A stretch of DNA of 20,000 nucleotides, from IMG/VR virus record IMGVR_UViG_3300009502_000040; one strand, given 5' to 3'. The notes under the pieces were generated by a model. That model had not been told where the DNA came from. It searched no databases and saw only the letters and a list, made by a program, of their open reading frames with translations. The position numbers were made by a program, and so were the translations under genes. This stretch comes from an uncultured virus (IMG/VR IMGVR_UViG_3300009502_000040) (Duplodnaviria > Heunggongvirae > Uroviricota > Caudoviricetes). Positions 10,801 to 17,345 of this stretch are shown here, piece by piece (positions within the stretch are counted from its first letter, which is position 1; every line of letters starts with the position of its first letter).

Positions 10801-11113
10801 CACGATTTAAATCATCAACGTAAACTTTTCTCATAGTTGTACCATCACTAACATAAACATTATTATTATTTAAGCCAGCCAACTTTTGGATATTTCGATT
10901 TGCTTGGTCTAATTCACTTTTCAATTGACCAACACTTGGGAAATTGAAAGTTGTAGTGGTACCATCGGGATTCAGCATGTTGACATTTATAACCGATTTG
11001 TCACTTGAGCATACATCATTTAATCGGGATATTATTTCTACCGAATTTTTATTCATTTGAGCCATTTGTTCGGCTACTGCTACAAACGTGTTCTTTTGGT
11101 TTATATTTGCCAT
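7877..11113 (-). CDS. Large probable virion structural protein with coiled coils and an FN3-like domain, 1078 aa
   Basis: Heptad-like segments (LRELHAQKSAVKSRIEQL..., LINLNTRIASLEEQI) and an FN3-like pattern (QFKVQYRY...VEIRIKSISEVGWP...ESDWS). Thr-rich insert QTTYNTTTTTG. Preceded by a TTTTTATATATA motif. Confidence 0.65.
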   Translation of the reverse strand: MANINQKNTFVAVAEQMAQMNKNSVEIISRLNDVCSSDKSVINVNMLNPDGTTTTFNFPSVGQLKSELDQANRNIQKLAGLNNNNVYVSDGTTMRKVYVDDLNREPEPIDALNTVKSFTSINNSFFESLSNPLLAVNIDLTGKIEDKVTKILSRRYIIKFQKDDNGVYTSDAQASKKDFEDKFLTKNSIFIDDFTTWYNNPNNYGILRANEPYDEQVFSLDYSELQYYGVFDVIGVDNDTINNKMWYTLGTLTYYDYSGNTRTLSIGDELIINKKNSSTKWKIKEVSTAKSNFRIILERTEGLEPVPIMAQGLKIYSPPITDKTIKVSIGFDEYNIIFVKPINTDSNIVSSTFSFGTCYYTNDLVLDTNNKISMTKYYTETVFDYGAILKDMIVKNIPSKFGKIPNAPVLNQTNFKVVQINTHLTDTKNSQQLRELHAQKSAVKSRIEQLGDAVTQQTRNVNMAQFKSNSEKSAAKTQLNTLISEQDSQTKLLSSLVSRINNEGSTPTIAPKYHIRGFWSFPEPVLTGYEGYQTKQEVVQFKVQYRYSKTGGSEPPTEGFNLTMNQTTYNTTTTTGDISDQTRAFTNPSVTTQIVNTTGYFSNWNQFLSDARKRLYNSVLDVWTWVIEDVSNADTPNINQLDIAIQNGETVEIRIKSISEVGWPDAPIESDWSNVLTIGFPTDLSQIGDENSIILQEAQDDTIANALENKLNAKGLSNHLQQSFYNNDQYIAHMDINLGTSFKDDTGNMLTLYQYLINLNTRIASLEEQILRSKGELTVTLFKDTVPTTIANGASVTITVRCEESAQSSGGTRNYINSVQGIEDYYIQFQNVAKSSQLGLLSYRKFVPTSTTDNRFYNPVVAKGSLATYVDENDILYAQTDNQFIWIDDSTGTQQIYWSGFTSNQANYINEQNSVLSSNNYNVGISGRTSPDANLSYADPISIMSLPWTGISSTTENWGIGGPTAFLTSVHPKIVDISNFVYSDKGGVKYIDANGIITLPIIIYFKMSTGSTSAYPAVYIPQNTTTSSFVTRRLKIFAEIENSSRPFEFELVFKIYRNYTYIVRTGGGTIAQGGALGA

Positions 11114-11135
11114 ATGAAGTATTCTATTTTTTTAG

Positions 11136-11151
11136 TTATATATAAAAAAAA
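11136..11151 (-). promoter_or_regulatory. Putative class B (late-like) promoter TTTTTTTTATATATAA
   Basis: ~22 nt upstream of the 11113 start; similar motifs at 14252-14265 and 17931-17943. Confidence 0.45.
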
Positions 11152-11181
11152 GTTCCCCAAAAGCAACAAAAAAATTAGGAT

Positions 11182-11569
11182 TTATAAATCGAATTGACGT
11201 GTTCTTGTAAATAAGTTAGATTCCTTGTCAGTTGCAAGTCTCATCACTCTGGATGGTGGTATCCAATCTTCATTTCTGGGTCCAGCGGGAAAGTTTGACC
11301 TTATCACATAATGATAGTTTAAAAAATTTATTATTTTACCAACCTTCTTATCAGTTATCCATTCTTTATCATAGCAACTAAATATCCTTATAAACTACAA
11401 TATCACCAGCCTTATATTTAAGATTGTCTGGTGGGGCAATAATCATAGATTGGCTTAGATTTAATGCCCCCCATGGTAAATTAAGATTACTATTATTTGC
11501 ACTCATAGCATGCAATGATCGTAATGGCTTGACTTTATATTTTTCTTCGAATAGCTTTAAATATTTCAT
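11182..11569 (-). pseudogene. Frameshifted small SH3/KOW-like protein (~128 aa if joined), MKYLKLFEE...RQFDL
   Basis: The 63-aa ORF stops at GAT ATT TAG (TAG at 11380-11378). The +1 frame continues SCYDKEWITDKKVGKIINFLNYHYVIRSNFPAGPRNEDWIPPSRVMRLATDKESNLFTRTRQFDL-TAA (stop 11184-11182). Removing one T joins the two. Confidence 0.75.
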
Positions 11570-12261
11570 TTGACTATTATTACAAATTGAAGTTGTTCTG
11601 ACTCATCATTAACACTACATTCGACTTTAGGCCCCCACTTTTGCTTTTGACTCCAGTCGTGAAGTGCCATAAATGGTCTATTGCTTTGGATATCTTGATC
11701 ACTGTAAATACTTTTATCAAATGTTTTAATGACACGATTATCAACAATTTCTGTCTTTATTGGTTTGTGCTCAGGTATAAAATCTTTAATATCTTCTTTG
11801 ATCTGCCTTAAAATATCGATGTTTCTTAAATTTATTGAATTAATCATTCCACCAATTGAACTAACAGCTTTATATTTAATAATTGATCTGAAATATCTTG
11901 GAGATGCAACAAATTCACCTGTGACATAACTCTTTTGCGAATTACTATCCAAAAATCCATATCTAAACGTTGATTTGTCCTTAACACCAAAAAAGAAAGC
12001 CAATTTATCATCTTTGCGATCCAGCAGTGTTTTATATGTACTTGCTAATGAATGTTTATATTTGAAAACCTCAAGAAGCTCTCTAACATCAGATATTGTT
12101 TCGGTTGAGAAATAATACTGATATTTATAAAGTTTTGTGTAATGGTCATTCAACATGAAATTATACCCATGATTACCTATTACCTGAAGAAGACTAAAAA
12201 ATGAAAATTTTCCAGATAATTCATTAGAACTTTCATTTACAAATCCAACGTATTTTTTCAT
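11566..12261 (-). CDS. Hypothetical protein with CTS-like N-terminus (MKKYVGFVNES), 231 aa
   Basis: ATGA overlaps on both sides; no recognisable domain. Confidence 0.8.
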   Translation of the reverse strand: MKKYVGFVNESSNELSGKFSFFSLLQVIGNHGYNFMLNDHYTKLYKYQYYFSTETISDVRELLEVFKYKHSLASTYKTLLDRKDDKLAFFFGVKDKSTFRYGFLDSNSQKSYVTGEFVASPRYFRSIIKYKAVSSIGGMINSINLRNIDILRQIKEDIKDFIPEHKPIKTEIVDNRVIKTFDKSIYSDQDIQSNRPFMALHDWSQKQKWGPKVECSVNDESEQLQFVIIVK

Positions 12262-12629
12262 TGAAATTTCTCATATGTTTTTAAGTATCTGAATACTTTT
12301 TCTTGCTGTAATTGATTAGGTACATCATTAATAGCGTCTTTATTAAACGCATTAGTTTTAACCCTTGTAGCATCAGTATCCAAAATTGATTTGGCTACAG
12401 TTTCTATATCATCACCTCTTTCACAAGCTTTTTTTATATCAGCAGCAAAATCAGACATTCTTTGATCATCTTTTTCTGGAGAATCCCCCTGTGTAACCAT
12501 TAAATCGTTAAACAATTGTGGGTCAATTCCTTTATATTTAGGGTCTTGCCCGATCAATTCTTTGATTTTATCCTGTACCATATCGAAATATTTTTTAACT
12601 TTTGTATCTACTGTTAATTCCATTACCAT
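12258..12629 (-). CDS. Hypothetical acidic/helical protein, 123 aa, with a CTS-like motif at the C-terminus (YLKTYEKFQ)
   Basis: ORF in a tight operon with an A-rich translation start region. Confidence 0.75.
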   Translation of the reverse strand: MVMELTVDTKVKKYFDMVQDKIKELIGQDPKYKGIDPQLFNDLMVTQGDSPEKDDQRMSDFAADIKKACERGDDIETVAKSILDTDATRVKTNAFNKDAINDVPNQLQQEKVFRYLKTYEKFQ

Positions 12630-12646
12630 TTTTTTATAATTATTTT

Positions 12647-13087
12647 TTACATATCAAATCTATTTCCTATACTATTCGATTCATATTCCTTTTTAATTTT
12701 ATCCATACTTTTAGTAAACTCATCAATATTAGCACTAAAATTTAATTCTCTAAAAAAATCTCCATGATCACCAGTATTTATTGTACCTATTGTAAATATA
12801 CATATACCATTCAATCCTTTTTCAGACTGTGGGTTAAGATATATATTAAACAACTTAATCCCATAATTATTCTCAAATTCAATTTTAAATCCTATGGTTT
12901 TATTTGGGGCTCTATAAAAATTACAAAAACCTCTTGCTGAATTAAATGGAAAATAGTTCATTTGAATTATTTTTAATTTTTTGATAAAATCTTCAATATA
13001 TTCCATTGTCACATCATTGAATTTAATTTCACATACCAAGGATGTTCTTGTATTTTTCCAGCCTTCATTAAATCTTTCTATTTTCAT
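12647..13087 (-). CDS. Hypothetical protein, 146 aa (MKIERFNE...RFDM)
   Basis: ATGA overlap with the upstream gene; carries both terminal motifs. Confidence 0.8.
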   Translation of the reverse strand: MKIERFNEGWKNTRTSLVCEIKFNDVTMEYIEDFIKKLKIIQMNYFPFNSARGFCNFYRAPNKTIGFKIEFENNYGIKLFNIYLNPQSEKGLNGICIFTIGTINTGDHGDFFRELNFSANIDEFTKSMDKIKKEYESNSIGNRFDM

Positions 13088-13899
13088 AAATCAAATCTTT
13101 TCATTGCCATTTCTTTATTAAACAGTTCAATACTATCAGGTTTCATCAAATCTGAAAATTCATTAAGAACTTTCAATAATTGATAGTGACTTAGCCCACA
13201 ATTTTCCCGTTTCCTACTGAGGTCATTTATTTTGATATTTCTCCATTCAATGTATCCCTTTGGTGTAAGCCCGTCACTTATTGAAAATGAAAATTGCGTA
13301 TCATAATCATGCTCATACATATCAAAATTTATATTGTATGAAATTCGTTTTTCTGTACTTGGCTTACCAAGTATCATCTCTAATGTAATAGTATCTTCTT
13401 CACTAATACTAAATTCTTTATCTTTTTTATTTGATGTACAGAGAACTAATTTTTCGATATCCATCCAATAATTATGGTCATAATCCCGTTTAAATTTTTC
13501 AATATTTCTAATCAAATTTCCAATTTTGTTGGTATATTCCCAACCTCTCAAAAAACTTTTTAATCTTGGATTCCGCTTAAATTGATCAGCTATTTTTTTT
13601 AATGAATATTCATAAATTAAATCTCGTATATCATTTATTGCATCTTTATATTTTATTCTAAGCTCTTCCTCATAATTTCCTTTTGTCTTCCGTTTATCAT
13701 CCAATCTTTTAAGCCTTGTTCGTTCTTTTATTACGGCTGGATCAAAATCTTTATATTTATCTTTAGCATATTCTAACCCCTTATTTTTCATAAGTGATCT
13801 GAACCTATCTGTCATATCTGGATTTTCGGTCTTTACTTTATCCATAAATTCAGTTTCTGATGAATTACCAACTATATGATATTCAAATATTGTATTCAT
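13084..13899 (-). CDS. Hypothetical protein, 271 aa (MNTIFE...RFDL)
   Basis: ATGA overlaps on both sides; charged helical N-terminal half; C-terminal RFDL. Confidence 0.8.
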   Translation of the reverse strand: MNTIFEYHIVGNSSETEFMDKVKTENPDMTDRFRSLMKNKGLEYAKDKYKDFDPAVIKERTRLKRLDDKRKTKGNYEEELRIKYKDAINDIRDLIYEYSLKKIADQFKRNPRLKSFLRGWEYTNKIGNLIRNIEKFKRDYDHNYWMDIEKLVLCTSNKKDKEFSISEEDTITLEMILGKPSTEKRISYNINFDMYEHDYDTQFSFSISDGLTPKGYIEWRNIKINDLSRKRENCGLSHYQLLKVLNEFSDLMKPDSIELFNKEMAMKRFDL

Positions 13900-14243
13900 A
13901 AATCGAACCTCCCGATTGCTTTTTTTCTTTCATACTCTTTAACTTCATCGTCACTTGGGGATTTAAATCTATTAACCCAACCAATACTAACCCAACCATT
14001 ATATAAACTACCCTCATATTTACCAGAAATTATTACACCATCAACAAATATTGATGAATCTCCGTCCTCATCAGTTATTTTACCTATCAAAGTAGAACTA
14101 ATTTCAGTTGGCTCATCATACACCGACCATATCTCCTCTTTATCAGTTATTGTTGCCTTAGTCATAAATATGTGCAACTTGATATAATTACCAATATCAA
14201 AACTTTCATTACATTTTAAATACAATTCAAATAGTGTTATCAT
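13896..14243 (-). CDS. Hypothetical SH3/KOW-like protein, 115 aa (MITLFE...RFDL)
   Basis: FDIGNYIKL...IGKIT...W...SDDE pattern; first gene of the cluster, just downstream of TTTTTAATATATAA. Confidence 0.75.
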   Translation of the reverse strand: MITLFELYLKCNESFDIGNYIKLHIFMTKATITDKEEIWSVYDEPTEISSTLIGKITDEDGDSSIFVDGVIISGKYEGSLYNGWVSIGWVNRFKSPSDDEVKEYERKKAIGRFDL

Positions 14244-14251
14244 ATATTGTA

Positions 14252-14265
14252 TTATATATTAAAAA
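14252..14265 (-). promoter_or_regulatory. Putative class B (late-like) promoter TTTTTAATATATAA
   Basis: 8 nt upstream of the 14243 ATG, in a divergent intergenic region. The 13-mer TTTTTAATATATA is identical at 17931-17943. Confidence 0.5.
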
Positions 14266-14273
14266 TAAAATCG

Positions 14274-14300
14274 AAACAATACCACCATATTTAACTATAA
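14274..14300 (+). promoter_or_regulatory. Putative class A promoter (AAAC-N18-TATAA)
   Basis: AAAC AATACCACCATATTTAAC TATAA upstream of the DinG-like gene. Confidence 0.5.
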
Positions 14301-14347
14301 AAAGAAAAATAAATGAATCGATGCATTTAAGAAAATAATTAATAATA

Positions 14348-15985
14348 ATGATTCAAATAAATGATAAAACTGTATATTTTCCAATTAAATACATACCCAA
14401 AAAATATCAATTAGATGCTCTTGAATTTACCAAAAAATCAATTTTAAATGGTAAAAAGAACATTTTATTAAATTTGCCCACTGGAAGTGGAAAATCATTC
14501 TTTGCAGTCGCCATGCTTGCTAACTGGTATAAGAATTTTATCAATAACGATGCTAAATTTGATATCATCACAAATTCTAAGGTCCTTCAAGATCAGTATT
14601 TAAAAGACTTTCCATTCATCCGAAATCTAAAAGGGATGTCAAATTACTTTTGTGATCCGTATGACACAGACTGCTCTAATGGCAAAGAAATATGTAGGGT
14701 ATTAAAAAATCATGAATGTGGAGAATGCCCATACGATTCAGCCAAATTTAGGTGGATTCACAGTGAAATAGGGCTAACGAATTTTCACATGTTTGACACA
14801 TTATCATTATTTCAAAAAAGCATCATCAACCAAAGAAATTCGAATGTCTTAATTGTTGATGAATCTCAGGAATTTGAATTGATATTTAGTTCTTATCTTG
14901 GCACAGCTTTAAGTGCCAGAACTTTAAAAAAATGCGGATTCAATCAAAGTGATATTGAAAAGATGGATGAAAAAATTAAAAAAATAAAGACTTTAGATAA
15001 ATATGTTGACTATATCGAAAATCATTTAATTGATAGCTTAGAAACAAAAAAAGAAGAATTTGAATTAACACTTGATAAGATCGGGGATTTAAAAAAGAAA
15101 AAAGAAGTTGGGTCTTATATTCAAAGTCTTCAAAGCAAAATACGTTCATATAAGTCATTATTCGTTGCGTATAGAAACGATCCAGATAATATTGTTCTGG
15201 AAATCGATATAAACAAGAAAGAAAAACATTATTCTGGGGTTGAATTGACATCGCAGTTTGTATGGGCCTACAATCAAATACATGAGCAAGTTTGGAAAAA
15301 CTATGATCATATAATTTTCATGTCAGGAACAATTTTAAATAAGGAGATGTTTTGTTATTTAAATGGACTTGATGAAGAAGTTACAACATATTATGAAATA
15401 AATAGCCCATTTTCTTTGAAGAATAGACCGATTTATTATATAAAAGTTGGTAAAATGAGTTATAATAGCAAAGAAGAGACATTCAAAAAACAAGTAGATT
15501 TTGTTGAAAAGATACTTAAGAAATACCAAAGTAAAGGGATTATTCATACTGTTAATTATGAATTGACAAAATTCATACAAGATAATATTTTAAATGAAAG
15601 ATTTATTTTTCATGAAACTGAAAATAGAGATCAGATGCTTGAGAAGCATTTAAAAAGCCCAGAAAATACTGTTCTCGTTAGTCCATCTATGATGAGTGGT
15701 ATAGACTTGAAAGATCATCTGGCAAGATTTCAGATTTTAATGAAAATCCCATTTCCAAGCCTTGCTTCGAAGAAAATAGTTGCCAGAAAGAAATCAAACC
15801 CAGATTTTTATGTATATAAAACTGTGTGTGATTTAATACAAGCTATTGGCAGGGGCGTTAGATCAGAAACCGATTACTGTGATACATTTATATTAGATGC
15901 TAATTTATCCGATCTGCTAAGATATAACTCACGAATGATACCAAAATATATTCGTGACGCTATCAAAGAATTAAAAATTACCTAA
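14348..15985 (+). CDS. DinG/XPD (Rad3)-family SF2 helicase with putative 4Fe-4S cluster
   Basis: Q-motif KYQ; Walker A LPTGSGKS; LQDQY; KGMSNYFC...C...C...CGECPY Cys cluster; Walker B VDESQ; MSGT; GIDL; KIPFP; motif VI QAIGRGVR..D. Confidence 0.88.
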   Translation: MIQINDKTVYFPIKYIPKKYQLDALEFTKKSILNGKKNILLNLPTGSGKSFFAVAMLANWYKNFINNDAKFDIITNSKVLQDQYLKDFPFIRNLKGMSNYFCDPYDTDCSNGKEICRVLKNHECGECPYDSAKFRWIHSEIGLTNFHMFDTLSLFQKSIINQRNSNVLIVDESQEFELIFSSYLGTALSARTLKKCGFNQSDIEKMDEKIKKIKTLDKYVDYIENHLIDSLETKKEEFELTLDKIGDLKKKKEVGSYIQSLQSKIRSYKSLFVAYRNDPDNIVLEIDINKKEKHYSGVELTSQFVWAYNQIHEQVWKNYDHIIFMSGTILNKEMFCYLNGLDEEVTTYYEINSPFSLKNRPIYYIKVGKMSYNSKEETFKKQVDFVEKILKKYQSKGIIHTVNYELTKFIQDNILNERFIFHETENRDQMLEKHLKSPENTVLVSPSMMSGIDLKDHLARFQILMKIPFPSLASKKIVARKKSNPDFYVYKTVCDLIQAIGRGVRSETDYCDTFILDANLSDLLRYNSRMIPKYIRDAIKELKIT

Positions 15986-16013
15986 ATTTTTACTTTTCAA
16001 TTTTTTTTATACG

Positions 16014-16040
16014 AAACTATTTACTACTTTTGTACCGTAA
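16014..16040 (+). promoter_or_regulatory. Putative class A promoter (AAAC-N18-CGTAA)
   Basis: AAAC TATTTACTACTTTTGTAC CGTAA, preceded by CG as at 14272-14277; upstream of the 16099 gene. Confidence 0.4.
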
Positions 16041-16098
16041 AACCAAAATGGCATTATGAAAGAAATAAATAAAATGTTTCATATAAAATCCAATTGTT

Positions 16099-16812
16099 AT
16101 GGAAAACGTAAAGAAGATTATCGAAAAACTAAATGAACTGATCGGCAATGCCAACATCAACTTGGTTCTTTTAAATGATATACACAAAAAGCTGTATCGA
16201 GTCAACAAGGTTGGAGAACGGCCCAACAACAATGATCCAGTCGAGGTTTGTGAAAGTATCAAAGCCCAATTGAGTGAACTGAATAAACCAGATGTTGAAA
16301 TTCTGCCGCCCGTAGAAAAAAAGATCGTTCAGATCAACAAGCGGGTAAGTAACACCATTAAACGTGCTGAGTTGGCTAATCTTACGCCAGAAGAAAAAAC
16401 GAGACGAAAAAAGAAAATTGCTGAAGAATGGCTAAAAAACAACCCGACATATTTTAAAAAATGGCGGGAAGGTAACCCAGAATATACAGCAGAGTGGTTG
16501 AAAAATAATCCAAATTATCACAGGGAGTGGTTGAACAAAGGTGAAAATAACAATGATTATAAAACTCTTAGAAAGGTGTATGATAAAGACTACAACACTA
16601 AGAAAAAACTTGGTATCACTAAAGCACCACGAATTTTTCGAGCAGATACAATTTTGGATGCCATCACGAATGGTTCCAATACCCAACGAGCAATCAGCGG
16701 TAAATTGGGTATTAATTTGCCAGCCGTCAATGTTTATATTAAAAAGTTGATATCAAAAGGCAAAATAACCGCCAATTCGAATGGTGCTGTCATTATATAT
16801 TCATTGGTTTAA
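16099..16812 (+). CDS. Putative DNA-binding protein: W-x3-N-P-x-Y repeats plus C-terminal winged HTH (MarR-like)
   Basis: Repeats EWLKNNPTY / KWREGNPEY / EWLKNNPNY / EWLNKGEN. The C-terminal ILDAITNGSNTQRAISGKLGINLPAVNVYIKKLISKGKI fits a wHTH pattern. Confidence 0.75.
   Translation: MENVKKIIEKLNELIGNANINLVLLNDIHKKLYRVNKVGERPNNNDPVEVCESIKAQLSELNKPDVEILPPVEKKIVQINKRVSNTIKRAELANLTPEEKTRRKKKIAEEWLKNNPTYFKKWREGNPEYTAEWLKNNPNYHREWLNKGENNNDYKTLRKVYDKDYNTKKKLGITKAPRIFRADTILDAITNGSNTQRAISGKLGINLPAVNVYIKKLISKGKITANSNGAVIIYSLV
16426..16545 (+). repeat. Intragenic ~11-aa (33-nt) tandem repeat, about 3.5 copies
   Basis: gaatggctaaaaaacaacccgacatat / aaatggcgggaaggtaacccagaatat / gagtggttgaaaaataatccaaattat / gagtggttgaac. 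Confidence 0.8.
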
Positions 16813-16823
16813 ATTCAATCGAT

Positions 16824-17345
16824 ATGGTCGAAATTCCCCAAGTAAACCCAAATACCATAAGAATGGCAAACCTTAAAAAGATTGCCATTTTTATGGGATA
16901 TCGGTATGATCCACACAACGAGTGGTCAGGAACTTGGTTTCGTAATACTGGAAGTTCTTGGGTTGTTAAAGGCTCCATAGAGCATGAATCTAAAACCACA
17001 TTGAATTATAATGCGGATTGGGGTATTCTGATGGAAGTTTGGGAAAGGATCGCAGCAATGAGGAAGGCATCAACTCAAAAATCTGATTATTCAGAGCACA
17101 ATCTTGTTCCTGAAATGTGTCCAACAATTGATGAAATGACAATTGGACCTGTCGGATGCCTTATCAGGGCACGAATTGGTAAGGAAAAATTTACGGCATT
17201 TAATGTTATTGGTGATAAATTAAGGGCACGTGATGGTATTTTTACCCTTATTCAAGCAACTTATACCACTATATTAGAATTTGTCGATTGGTATAATGAC
17301 GTTTTTCTTCCGATTAAAAACACTGAAAAAAGATTTGATCTATGA
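16824..17345 (+). CDS. Hypothetical protein, 173 aa, with C-terminal RFDL
   Basis: IAIFMG...LNYNADWGILMEVWERI...ATYTTILEFVDWYN looks like a phage hypothetical family; ends KNTEKRFDL-TGA. Confidence 0.8.
   Translation: MVEIPQVNPNTIRMANLKKIAIFMGYRYDPHNEWSGTWFRNTGSSWVVKGSIEHESKTTLNYNADWGILMEVWERIAAMRKASTQKSDYSEHNLVPEMCPTIDEMTIGPVGCLIRARIGKEKFTAFNVIGDKLRARDGIFTLIQATYTTILEFVDWYNDVFLPIKNTEKRFDL

Noticed and set aside
11144..11167. Possible intrinsic terminator GTTGCTTTTGGGGAAC plus T8 on the minus strand
   Set aside because: The stem is weak (G-G mismatch, G-U pair), and the T-run is better explained as part of the class B promoter motif.
11369..11380. TAG recoding (genetic code 15) as the explanation for the short 63-aa ORF
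   Set aside because: Reading through TAG gives TTG CTA then TGA almost immediately. All long genes are intact in code 11, and TAG follows RFDL as a true stop at 273-275.
261..17345. RFDL-encoding sequence as a DNA-level repeat (att site, integron-like cassette end or CRISPR repeat)
   Set aside because: Only ~12 nt, with variation at synonymous positions, no dyad symmetry, no conserved flanks and no regular spacing.
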